Below are positions 39,501-52,757 of a stretch of DNA of 64,000 nucleotides, in pieces. Below the pieces are notes generated by a model. The model saw nothing but the letters and a program-made list of their open reading frames with translations, ran no database searches and was not told the DNA's origin. This DNA is from Auanema rhodensis (Eukaryota; Animalia; Nematoda), in NCBI GenBank assembly GCA_964057225.1, contig OZ059897.1, positions 7,068,001-7,132,000 of the forward strand, written 5' to 3'. A program made the position numbers and the translations under genes. Position 1 is the stretch's first letter; each line of letters begins with the position of its first letter.

Positions 39501-42500
39501 GCCTTGCTCATTTTAATCAAAAGTCTGTTACCTTTTATGGTATATGTTCAATTTGCTTAACGACAATTTCGAAATGCAAAGTAGCAATCAGAGCCATATG
39601 ATTATTGATGTTTTTTCAACTGTGGAATATACTTCATTGATTGATATCTCACCGATTTCCTAACTATTTGTTTTTAATAATGGGTGTTGCGACACATTTC
39701 CTCTCCTTATCTGAGGTTTTCCCCACCGTTTTTTCATCTAGACATCAAGGCATTTATGGATGTTTGTTAGCAAGACTAAGAGTTCGCTGTCTTCATATTG
39801 AAGAAAGATGTATCTCTTCTAGGTTTTCTGTATTCCTCTCCATTCCTGCTCCATCATTTCCTACTCTCCGTCCCTATCGCGTTGGGGCGGGACTTCTGTT
39901 CACTCTCTGGCTCTTACATTGTCATTAGTTGCCTGGGCTGAACCTCGCAGCATTACCCGCTTCGTAAGATTCTGTTCCATTCCTGTAATTGTGTATTTCA
40001 TTTGAATTAAAAGGTTTATCTTGTTAGAGCTGTTGTTTTTAATGCTGTGAAATATGTCCATAGCATTGATGGTCGTTGGCCACATTTGAGATCAAACTCA
40101 GCTGTCTCATCTTTTTTCATTTTTTCAATAGGTTCCTCTTACTCGCGAATGCACCTCTTTGAAACCAGAATTAACTGTTTTTTTTCGTTTTGCTTGCGAA
40201 AATGTACGAATATTGAGGCAATATCGAATGGTTACGCCTTGTTTCTCTGTTTGTTCTGCCTTGAATGGTCTACAGTTTCTTTAATAGTTTCGTTTACTAT
40301 AAAGTTTGATTTTATATGATATTTCAGGCTAATGATGTGGACGTTGAAAACCCAAACCCTTCGTTACATGGACCAAGTAATGGAGGGAATTCCAACGCAG
40401 GATATGCTGGTCAGTAGCTTTTCTGTTTTGAACTTATTTTCCTAATGACATCACGCATTTCCATCAGATTGTAGAGCGAGATTTTATACTTCCCGTTTCA
40501 ACTTTTAAACTTAATATTTTCAATTAGAAATCAAGACATGTTTTATTATCAGAGCTCGTTTGCGCGTATTGGTGTATTTGTTATTTGTTAGTCATCTACG
40601 TATTTGGGTCTAGATGTAGCCGCTTTCTGCGATTAATTATATTGACAGATATATATATATATATATTTATTATGTAATGTTCAAGGATATCTGTTAAAAT
40701 ATTTAATACACTTAAGCTGCTATTTCTGGGCAACCTTTTCAACTGTCCTTTCCCAGGGAATTATATTTAATTGAGGTTACTGACTTGCTGGGGCAATTTT
40801 TACCAATTACATCCATTTATGTTTTGTCTGTTTTGAATCGTTACATGTTCCAACTAGGAGGTCCTAAATTTCACTCAGTCAGCTGCCAGTTTTGTCGTTT
40901 TTACCATCGTAGGAATAAGTCTGATTCACTGGCGCTGACGAACTGACTTCCCCTCTTTATCTAGTGACCTTTTCTTTCTTTACGGTCAGTCATTATAGGT
41001 CATGATGGAAATGGAGCACTCAGACATTGCGGAATTGGATCTGGATCTACCTAACCAAACTGAGGTACGTGTTGGGTAGAAGAAAGCTTGATAGGTTAAC
41101 AATTTTTAGCTTACGCATCTGCAATTAGCTAATCTTAAAGTGATTGCTATGGCTTTCGCGCAGAAAGAAATGAAAGACTTAGATATTCTCATTCGGCAGG
41201 TCATTACTGGCAGACAGGTGGGTTAATGTTTGATTATCTGCTGTGTACGAGCTTAGCTCCCTTTCAATATTCATATATATCCAGCACATCTGAAGCCTGT
41301 AAATAATCTGAATTGATATTGATATGTGGGGGGTACGGTAGTCCTTAATTTGACGACAACTGGTTTTCTTGCTTCATGTATATGGGGCGAAAGATACGCT
41401 TGATGAATATTGAGAGTATTTTTCGAGTTACTGTAGCTTTAAGAGTTGTTTCAATTGTTCTTGTCGTTGAATTTGGGTTTGCAGTGGTTTTGTTCGGATT
41501 ATGAAATTTTATGCTCGTTATATGGCATGTTGATTGAGTACAAATCAGATAATGCGCTTTCGAACTAATGTTAGTTTCGTACTTTTGAAGCTAAAATTTA
41601 GCTGAGACAAAGGGTGACGAATGTTCCCTCTTATCCGTGTAGAAATCGTGATGTACTATCCTAGCTGCCTTGTTGCTGCTTAAATGCGAAAACTACCTCT
41701 TTCGTTGTTAGGTCTGGTCTTTTTTTAGCTCATGCAAGAATAACTATTTTGAGAGCCAAAGCTTATCCTTCTCGATCTATTCTCTCATTTTTCCGAATCA
41801 TCATTCGCAATTAAATTCTTATATTGGTTAATAACGAAGAGCTAACGTTATCTGATACTTTTCTCTAGATGTATTTAATTTAGAATGAATTTAATTAAGT
41901 TCTGCATATTTGGAATGATCTTCCGATAGCGTGAAATAATTGGGATCAATTAGTTTATACATAGTGTTGTTTGCAGAAGGGTTGCAGCTGCCATCTGCTA
42001 ATAATTTATCACGTCAATTATATAGTGCATCCTTTCCGGGATGTTTTCCGTGTTGGGTGCCTTGAACTTCTCACGCAAGAGGAAGCCTGTTGTATGCTTG
42101 AAAACGCATTTTCTTTCTGAGATTTTTTGGGAAAGAAAAACAATCTTTTTAATCTTTTGGCTCAACATTGCGTTCTAAGTTTATCAAGAGTTTCTTCTAG
42201 CTCTCAATTTTAAACCAGAACGAAGCTCGTTGTCTATGTGACTTGAGGGTGTGCTTCGTTTTGAGCTTGTCAGAAATCTAGCTGATTCAATTTTTGCTGG
42301 CTGAAGGGGGAAAATAGAGAAGTGGCTCTTAGGTATCTTGTAATTGATGTTTCACTTGTGTTCCAAAAACTAATGAAGACATGTGTGAAAAATCAGATTT
42401 TTCCCATCTGACTGGATGAGTCCTTTTATTATCGTGTTCTACGGCACTGTAAACGGCGATTTTTAGTTAGTGGCCTTGAAGAAACATATAAAACTAATGT

Positions 42501-45500
42501 TCTGAGCATAGGATTCAAAGGTGTTGACCAGCTGGGGAGTATTGAAAACATCTTAACGGCTTTTCGTTGTAAATGTCGGCTTAACCTTTTATTTTCAGCT
42601 CATCGTAGAAAGTGATCATCAAATTTTGGCGAAGCAGTTTATTCTTGCTGTTACCAACCTTCTACCAATTGGCTGTTTGCGCATTAATACATGCGCGGAC
42701 CAACATTACCAGTCGTTTCAGTAAGTTTCTTTACATTTTCACATTATTGCGTTGACGGTCGTTTGATGTAATGGACGGTTCGAGGAGCGAAAGAGACTTT
42801 CAAGGAGGTATCGTAATTGCTGTTGATAGTCAGTGCCAATCCACCTGTCGACAAGGGACAGATGTTTATAAGGGTAGTAGTAGAGAAGCTGTTGCTAATC
42901 TCTATTCGGGAAGTTCGGTATTGCGCATTAGAGAGGACGATCTTACTTTTTGATTACGTGAACCAATCAACCATATATACTCATGAAACAGACCTTGTTC
43001 AATACGGTAATTCACAAGAAAGTGTTTTCTGGTTAATTGTCTCTCACCCTAGCATCACTTCCCTATCTCTACACGGTTCGTGATCGTCGGGGTTAGGATA
43101 GGATAATCATGGAAATTAGTTTATCCAATTGACAAGCGTAGAGGTCATATCTGTCGAGGAAGAAGACTACAAGTAACATGTCATGGTCGAGCGTTGTTGT
43201 TAGATTAGTAAATTGGGGTAATTATTCTTGAATACGGCAGAGTCTATTTTGAAGTATATTTGGACATGTTCCCTGATTTTTTTGCCTTTAAATCAACAAC
43301 TTTTATTGATATAAAAGTTGGATATAACGGAAAACGAAGCAAAACAGAGAATACGATCGTGTTTGTTGAAATATAGGCACTGATTTTCATTCTTTAAATG
43401 CTTGCTCATCTGGCGAAACGCGGAATATATCTCGTCGTATGTTTTGTTCAAATCAAAAGATTGAATTGAGGTGAAATAGAGAAAATAGTGAGGCGGGCGA
43501 TCAAAAGAATATTGACTTGCTGTAGGATTAATGTGATTTTCCGAAACCTGTAGAGAAGAATACTGAGAGTAGGCAAATTATTCCCACTAGTTTAACTCTT
43601 CTAGTCGTCATCCTCTTCGCATGGCTGACTGCCGTGCTGATCCGATTTGCTCGTCAAACAGCAATTGGTCTGAAAGATTGTAGCTATGCGAAATCGAGAT
43701 AAAGATATATCGATATTTCGAGAGAACGATAAAGGGCATGTTCATTCTTTTAAATGGAAATAATTGTTATTTAGATTATATGCAGCTTCATTGTTTTGTT
43801 CACATGTAAGTTGAAGTATGCTATTTGCGACTGCGTGTAAGCCTCACATGGAGAGCAAAAATACTTTACGAGTTTGTCGGTACTTCATTCGAGCAAAGAA
43901 TTGCCGATTTGTCTTCAATGGCTAATTCATGAATTTTGATTTATTATTCCTATGATACACAAGATGCTAATTATGTAAAGGGCTCTTTCTGGCTGATATG
44001 AATTATGGGCTGGCTAACAGCGGGATGGGCTTTCCAAAATACTGTGTCAAGACAAGACGTATTCTGCATTTAGTTTCCTCGCTATAGGGTCAAATTGCAT
44101 TTTAGCTGGAAATATCACTTAATATCATATTTCTGAGTGTGTTGTTTTTGTTCTCTGTTTGTGAAGGTTACATGTTTTCTAGAAACACTTCCATTTCTCC
44201 TATTAAATTAAAATCGGATTTTTTCCAACGGCATTTCCTCTTTGTACGAACGAGTTTTTCACCTATTATGTGCTTTGTATGGAATGAATATCGAATGAGA
44301 TGTGTACGGTCATCTCTGCGTTTTCCTGTCTTTTAGCTAGTCATACCAGAATGAAAGTTATTAAGTCATTATTCGAGTGACAGCTTTGTTGCCTTTGTGT
44401 AATTTAAAACTTATTATTCACACAAGTATATGTTCTACAATTTATAGGGCATGAAAGTATCTATATAACCTGAGTTTTTGTATATCTAGTTGTTGCATTT
44501 TTATGCCAACAAAGAGATTTATTGTTACTGGATGGAAGCAGCAATTTTAGGCTTTTTTTTTTTGGATAATTCTTTCTTAGGATATCAAACTGTGCCATAT
44601 GGGAAATTCATATCGTGTTATACGTTCAGAACGGTTGTGCTCTAGATTTTTCCAATTTTTCCTTCTCCTTATTTCTTCTTACATCCTTTCTTATTCTTTC
44701 TCACCATCATCTCTTTTTCAACGATCCATTGTACACATACGCCATAGTTTCGATTCACAGCTTGTGGTCTTTGATCTCATGCTCTTATGGAATAACAGGC
44801 AGATGGGATTCTTGTTTGTTCTTTGTGTTTACCATAATGTAGTAAATTTATTCATGGTAGTAGTGAGAATTTATAGGATCGCTATGTCAATCAAGGTGGC
44901 GTTAAATAATTGATAATTGCGTATTTGTCGGAGAGTTTGAAAACATGGTAATCCATTATCATGTTTGTTTATTTTGGGTTCTAAAAAGATATGCAAATCT
45001 AGTTCTTGGTCATTATGTATAAAGGAAGGTTCAGTACCATGAAAATTTAATATCACGCCGAAATCATCGCAACCCTTCATTTCCTCTCAGTTTTGGATTT
45101 CGAATGAAACAAGGCAGAATTTGTTAACAATGGAAAAGACAAGTACGGAGATGATTCAAGGACCTGTGTGCATTAGATATGTACTGGAGTGAGTACATTT
45201 ATGAAGGAGCAGATGCTATTGTTGCGTGTTTGATTAATCATCTTCCTTGTTTGGCTTAGGTGTGGTATCTCTAAGACAAAAGCTCTTTCTAAAAAACTAA
45301 AGCATACATAAGATCTTGAAGCCGATTACGACTTAGATAAAAATACTAGGGACTTGCTCTTTCTTTTTCAAAGATCGAGCAGCAGGGTAGTTAAAAAATG
45401 GTTTAAGTTTAAAAATAGAAGTTCAGTCAAGGGAATTGTGATGGATATGCAATTGATTCGCTCTACAATTCATAGCTTTCGAACAAAATTAGATATGAGA

Positions 45501-46374
45501 GTATGGAGTAGAAGACAACTAACTATGAATCTTTCAGATATAATATGCTCGGAACAACGGTGCCTCTTCATGTGCCATCTAATGAGGATGTTCTTATTGT
45601 TCGTGTATCATCAGCATCTGAAGAAGAGCCTACAGGATCTCTGCTTGGTTGTGACTTTAGTGTCATTCGTCGACCGGAAGCTAGAAGCGTATACGATAGA
45701 CCTTTACTATTGGAGCGGTACAAGAAGCTTCTATTAGGTTTGTTTAACTTTTTGCTGCTGCTAATCCTCATAAGTGATTGCTCAGCTACTTGTGTCTTTC
45801 TACATTCTCTGAACTCTTAGTTATTGCATTGTTTTTAGACATTGGGATTAACATTCATTGTCTAGAAGCTACTTTGCGATCCACCAGGGACCAATGGATT
45901 GCACGAGCAAAGCTGCTGTATCAGCTTGAAAAACAACGTCTTCGAGATCCCCGAATGTTTCGCGGAGACCTGATGCAGTTGATTCGCGGGTGCACTGAGC
46001 AGGTATAGTTTTTCAAACATTTTCTCATGATTTGAAAAGTTCTTTGCCGTTTTTTTTCGAAATCCATTAGATTTTTTTGTAAGAGGAAGGGAATGCTTCG
46101 CTTCGCATTCTAAAATTTTTCTTTCGAAATTATTATCTGCCGCGGCATGTGCCTCATTATGACAGACTAAAATCAGACTGCTGTCTTCTCTTGTCGGCTT
46201 CTGCTTTGAATCAATTTTCTTGGCTTTGCATATGTCTCGCACATCAAATCATTTGCCGTTCATGTTGCATAATACAATATGTTTCAGGATCGCCACGTTT
46301 TGACATTTTGGCAAAGAGGACTGTCCAAAGCTTACAAGACTCATGTTATGGCAGTTGTTGATGAGTATGTTTAA
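36535..46374 (+). CDS. flcn-1: Folliculin, 16 exons
   Basis: N-terminus MQAVIALCHFCEDHGPRVLVTCQ; CNACTS; VKNACIRSLSCE; LQDAKARGFLRLFSL; LHKLMMWTLK...VMEGIPTQDMLVMME; LLPIGC; C-terminus DRHVLTFWQRGLSKAYKTHV. Late exons at 40328-40409, 40999-41064, 41110-41217, 42599-42720, 45538-45738, 45839-46002 and 46288-46374 are phase-consistent. Confidence 0.94.
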
Positions 46375-49300
46375 GGAAGATGTACATACACCCTTAGTGT
46401 TGAAGATATACCCCTAATTCGAAATATCCACCTGAATTCCGAAATAATGCCGTGAATTTGAAAAAAAACGGCTTATTTTGTCTTCTTAGCTCTAACCAAG
46501 CAAGTACCAATTCCCAATTTGCATATCATACACCTTTTGTTTTTTTTTTTGGTCAAGCATACCGATGGTGGGTTGCGTCTTCTACACTGGTTACCATTTT
46601 TCTTTTAACTACGCATTTCAACATTGCTTCTTCACTTTTAAAATCAATAATCGGCTGGTCTCCGACTTGGATTTGTGGGCTTCTTCAATTGTTTAGTTTT
46701 TCCTAAGGATTTCCTGTTCAACCCAATGCAACGTATCCGGACTCTAGTATTTTAAAATAGTTATTAGGTTCTGGTGCTGGACACCCTGTGAGATCCGGGT
46801 CTAAAATTTTTCCTGGTTATCAGATATAGTCTATTTTTCATTATGGCCCAGATTGAAATGCTGTAAGTTGGGTCCCTTACAGCATTTTTTCGCAATCTCA
46901 AAACCAAATATAAACTGTTCGTTTTCGTCATCATTCACTATGTTTCGCCTTGCCCCGTCCGTGCACGTATTCCTTACCTACAAATCTTATCATATAAATT
47001 ACTGTGATGTTATTCTGTCATACCGTACAACCGGTATCTAGGCTTTAAATCCTTGATTCGTCCTAATATAGTTTTTACGGGAAGTTTTCCTTCTGAATTT
47101 TTTTTCTGTCTTATGCTACCTCTTTAAGGCACGTATACGTGTTAAAAGTTTTATCAGGGCCAGTTTTTAAATTGGATCTGAGCTTTGTATTCAAGTATAG
47201 CCTAGTATTATTTTTGATTCTCTATTTTTCTCAAGAAGTGATTCTAGTCTGTTTCTAGTGCTCCTTTACGGTATGACATGTTTATTTTTTCTTATAGTAT
47301 TATCTATTTCTTGTCGGTGATTTCTCTTCATGTCAACTGTTTTGTCACCAAAAATAGCTTTTTTGAAAAATGGGTCGAGTTTTAGTGTATCAAACCATTT
47401 TTAATGTTTCTCTTGTACTATAGTATATCCTTGTATTTTTATAGTTGTTTTCTAACTTTATAACGATACTTTGTGCTTTCAACCAGAACTTGGTGAAAGC
47501 AAAATGTTTATTTTTCCAATTTTGTTGTTATGTTTCCTCATCTTTATCATGTGATAGTCGGGAAATAGAGTCTTTAATAAAAGTGTTTTGAATACCGTCT
47601 TTTCGTTAGTTTCAAAGGTTTTCAGGATAATTCGGCGTATTCTTTGAAGAATACTGCTTCATCTATTATTGTTTATTCGTCTACTTCATCGAATAACAAG
47701 GCAGAAACAACAAATGACTTCTATTTTACCTTCTGATTGTATGCTTGAGTTTGGATATGCTGCTATACTGGAGAGTAAGTTGGTTGGTATGCATGCGAGC
47801 TTCTCATCTTTTTTCAAAGCATTCTATTGGAAATATTCAGCGTTGTTGTATATCATGCACAAGCGTGTGAGAGAAAACAAATTTTTTTATGAAAATCCAG
47901 TTATTTCAAAAAAGTTTTTTAATTAACTTACTTAATAACTAAATTGTTGAAATTGTCGGCTTTCAATTACAGCTTATTAGCACACTCTGTGCATTAATCA
48001 TTTTTTTCTTTCTTTTTCTTTTTTGAATTTCAAACTTTTCAATCATTTTTTTTTTGAAAAATCAGAAATTATTTATCAAAAATGGGATGAAAATAGAAAT
48101 AGTTTCGTTGTAGTATTTGGAGTTGTATGCATTTCACTCTAAAATGACATCAATGGCAGTACTTGTTCAATAGTCACAATGAAAAAAATCTAAACTTGAT
48201 GATGTCGCTCTAAACGATAACTATAAGTCAACAACTTCCTTTTTAAAGAAAAAGGTTACATGTTCTCAATATTCTTTTTCTCTGTGTTCTTGATGCAACT
48301 ATGACATTCAGTATGATTGCTATTTCTCATCTTTTTCGAGGCTTGTAAAGAGACTCAACAGGTTCTAGAACTAGAACGTTTCAACTGTTGTAAACAAGCA
48401 GCCTGAAGATTTAACCAAGCAAACAATCTCAAAATACTTTTTTTCCTCCGATGAAAATTTTTATAAAATATAATTTCGAACCTGATCAGATTATGGTTGT
48501 CTCATAATTTGTTTCGAGAACTGCCTTCTCATATTCACTCAACTGTGACATTTAGAATTTTAATATTAAAGGAAGATGAGTTTTCTTGTAAAATATTTAA
48601 ATTAATCATTAAATCATAAAGAACTCAGACATTTTGCACTTCCCAATACTCGGTCCACATATATATAATTGAATTAAAAGTTTACGAAGGAACATCATCA
48701 GAGTAGGTCTTAAGAGGTTGAGAAGAGTAAAGATGAGGGAAAGTACATAACGTCTTTTAACTCCGAAAAGGTCCTCTACATTCCATTTTGACTTTAATAT
48801 CTGAGTTCATTGAAGTATGTCCCACAGATTACTTGCCCCAACTGATATCTGAAATACTCTTGAGATTGAGTATATAATCAATAAAGAGAAAACGCAAAAT
48901 GAGCATAAGCAAAACAAAAAAAAGAAAAGTGCCATGAAAATTTGAAAGGAGGCGGAGGTTCAATTTGAAAATCAGGCTTGTTTTGTATTTTGAAACAACT
49001 TGGAGAGACAACTTGATGAAAATTATAGTTGATTTCTTTTGTTTTTCAAAATTCCTACACCTATCCAATAGTTTGAAGAAGAGTTAAAAGATTTTAGAAG
49101 ATTAGTACTGGTTTGAAACACATGTCTTGTCGTTGTGTCATGTCTTTAGTTCCGACGAAGCAATTTCACTCATAAACCATCAATGACATTTTGAACGATC
49201 ATGAAGGTTCTGATGGAAAAAAGAAAAGACATGAAAAGTATTCAAAAAGATTACAAATTCATAAAAAAATCAAATTTATCGATGTGATTATTCATTTGAA

Positions 49301-49637
49301 CTTTTATTCTTTAATACACTCATGTATTCCCACTGTTCGCTGCAATGTACTCAGAAAAAAAGGGTGAAAATTCAGAAATTTGGAACCATTTTCTGAGAAA
49401 AAATATATTTCATCTTGTGATTTAATTTTTTAATCATATTTGCAATGTAGATTACATCACTGGAAAAAGTGAACATAAGATTTATGGTCTCTATTAATTA
49501 GTTTGATAAATATTTTGGTTAGTGATTTTGATGGTAAGCGTTTTATTGCTTTTGGAGCCAAAAATTAATAATATTCTTTTAAACAAAAGTTAAAAAAACG
49601 TTTTAATATAAAGCATATATTTATGATGTCAAATAAC

Positions 49638-51440
49638 TTAGTTTGGGCAGAAGTTTTGAACATCACATGTCTCTCTCTGGCAGTAATAGTCCTTTGCTGT
49701 TATGCATCTAGTGTTTTGCCAGCAGAACTAAAATTAATTGTTCGTAATCATTATAATTGTTATAAACTTACTTTAGTTTCTAAAGTATCAGATGGAACTT
49801 CCATAACACATGTGTTTCCAGAAGTCTCTGTGCCGTCAGGGTATCCAGGACACCATCCGAAGCTGGTGTCATTTTGCTAAATGGCGCAATTCTAATGATT
49901 AAAAGCTGAAAAGAAACTTACAGCCCATGGAATTTGAGGTTTTCCATTTTCTTGTTCCCATACCCACTTCTTGTTGACGTAGCTCATGCCAATGTAGAAC
50001 ATATGTGGTTTCTTGAAAGCGGTTTCAGACTTGACTTGAGCTAAATAGACTTTATACGAGAATATTTATATTTTAATATTACTTGTAATGAAGTTGTGCT
50101 TCATGATGTTCATTTCATTCAACAGGAAACTGGTAGGAGCAAGGCTAGTACAAGCGTGCTTAGCAGCTACCCAGATAGCAGGAGCATTACCTGAAAACTC
50201 AAACATAATTTAAAGTTAACATATATGATAAGTTTACCAAGCTTAGTGCAGGAACCGTATTTCTTGCCATTTGATTGGAAGTTAGCCCAGGTAGAAGCAC
50301 AGAAACAATTAACTAAAAACAATTTAAACATTAATCAAGACAGCTTCTCGAAACATGTTCATACCTTGGCAAAGAGCTTGCTGAATCTCTCCAACAAGGT
50401 TGGGATCGGAGTTGGAGAAAGTCATTCCAGGTGATCCGAATTTCTTTGCACATATGCTAACTTTGTTGTTTCCTAAAAACAAATAGGATTTTGAAAAATT
50501 GAATGAACAGCGATATGTACAACCGATTTTAGTTAATTTTGAATTAAAAGTGAAAGTATGTGGGTGGATGGGCATTGCAATCGGTTGTGATTAGCATATC
50601 ACGTGGAAAAGGAAACAAAAATTTGATAAAAATAATGATAAAACATACCGATTTGATCGAATCCAACCATGATAATCGAAATATCACTTCCCTTAATATC
50701 ATCGGCAATGACAGTTGGATCATCATCTCCTGGAGTATCACTAGAATAGAACATGTATCAAGTGTTTATGAGTATTGTTGAATATTACTCGCAAGTCGCG
50801 GTGTACACAATGATAACTTGACGGAAGTTCTTGCGTCTTCCATCCGAACGACCAGAAGTTAAGGCACTGAGAGCTCCAGCAAGACCAGCTTTCAAGCTAG
50901 ATTGAGGTGAAGTAGTATTAGTATTGGAAATGTCCCAGATGTTATTCATAAAGTCATTATTAGAAGCAAAAGAATTTAGTGAAAAACGCTAAGAATATGA
51001 AATTTAGACATTTACTGTTCTAATAGCTTACAAGTGTGGATTTGGTGTCGAAAGTTGAAATAGCAATTCTGGTAGTCTGGCCAGGTGCTGGTCCAGTATC
51101 ATTTCCAATAGCTGTCATTGGAAAAATGGATACTATATCTCCCAATGTCTGAATAGAGAAATCTTAATCTTTAAGCATATCAAATTAAAAATACCATAAC
51201 TAACGAATCACTACTCATACCAGCTGATGCATCAATAGCAATAGCAACATCTAACCAAAGACCTATTCCATCATCTTTAGTACATGGACATTCTCTTTCG
51301 GTATACACTCCAAAAACAAGAGCAGTACAAGCTGAATAATTAAATAATATTAAAATTTGAATTAAATTTATGAAATTTTAAATAATAGAATCCAAATTAA
51401 TACCCAGAAACAATGTAGCAGTCGATATTACCCGGACCAT
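49638..51440 (-). CDS. Secreted VWA-domain + C-type lectin protein (nematode VWA-clec family)
   Basis: Signal peptide; ERECPC...GLWLDVAIAIDASAGM (VWA start); EIQQALCQVNCFC; YGSCTKL...WVAAKHAC; FYIGMSYVNKKWVW; ends FCWQNTRC...YYCQRETCDVQNFCPN*. Confidence 0.9.
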
Positions 51441-51519
51441 TCTGAAAAGAAAAATAGTAAACTTTCATACATATTAAAGCTCGATAAGAAAAATTCAGTA
51501 GTTCAGAAAATGAACTGTC

Positions 51520-51560
51520 TTTATATATTAAAGCTTTTATACGAGGGAAATGCCTTATCA
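51520..51560 (-). promoter_or_regulatory. TATA box and TGATAA GATA site upstream of the lectin gene
   Basis: Minus-strand TATATAAA at 51527-51520 and TGATAA at 51560-51555. This pairing is typical of ELT-2-driven intestinal genes in C. elegans. Confidence 0.5.
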
Positions 51561-52757
51561 GAATGTTGAATACTGTAAAAAGTTTGAAAGATAACCAATG
51601 CTATTAGATGTAAACCAGCAGAATATATACAAGAGAGTGTTCTCTCTCTCTCTTTGGGGAAAGCGAGAGCACACACTCTCTCTCATACTCTTTCTCTCTC
51701 TCTCTCTGTCTTTTATTAAAATAATATTTTATTACAATCTGAATATATAAGTTAAACATAAGGATTGACGTTATAGAAGTACACTTTCTGATATCTTTTT
51801 AAAAACAGCTGAAAAGAAATCATAAAATATATCTTAAAGGTATGATATCATAATTATGTATAATATAAAGATAATGAGCTCTCTCTCTCTCTTTCTCTTT
51901 CTTTCTTTCGTCCTTCTTCCTTTCTTTCAGCTTCGCCAAGTTATGCTGACAAATCAATCTACTTTTTATCAGAAGATGATGTTCGACGATTTTTTGATCA
52001 GTTTTTTGTGAAAAAACACAATGTGTTCCCTCAATAACGCTTATGAAATATAGATGATTTAAGTCATACACTTGTTTGGAAATATCTTTCTTTTCAGAAG
52101 AACTTAACCGAACGTTAATGGATTTTCAGCTCTATTCAGAGCTCTCAACTGCAAATGACGTATTACTAGATGATATAAATATTGAAGGAGAAGCAACTCG
52201 AAATCATCATCCAAGCTAGCAGAAACAGGCAGCTTAGAAGCTTTAAAGCAACTTATATTCTGCCTAAATAGAGCTGTCAATCACATAACCTACTCTTCTT
52301 CTTCATCTACTACTACTACTACTTGGTTCAGTGGTTCATCGGGCTTGGTATGTTCATAATCCTTCCAATATCATAGATACTACTTCATCTACGTGTTTGT
52401 ATCTGTCTAGACGTCTCTTCATTTAGATGTAGATAGTCCAATTTCCACATAGCTCATATCACAGGTCTATCTATCTGGACAAATCTATAAATTGTTGTGT
52501 TTTTTTCAAATTTTTTTAGGCATATTGAGTCAATTATATTGATCAAACTCATCTTTTGTAGTTTGCTTTCTTAAATCTTAGAGCATTTTATGGTTCAATC
52601 AGTGCCATTCATGAGCTCCTCTATTGATTATCCTATTTTTTTGCCATTCTACTTTTAGTAATAAAGAGCCTTTAGATCATTTATTATCAAAATTATCATG
52701 TTTCATCTCATTTTTTCCTATTCTCTTCACTTTAGTTGGATATATTTTAGCCTGCAA

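Noticed and set aside
42771-42953. 60-aa ORF in a flcn-1 intron as a nested gene
   Set aside because: No acceptor or promoter context, no recognisable motif, and the length is expected by chance at this GC content.
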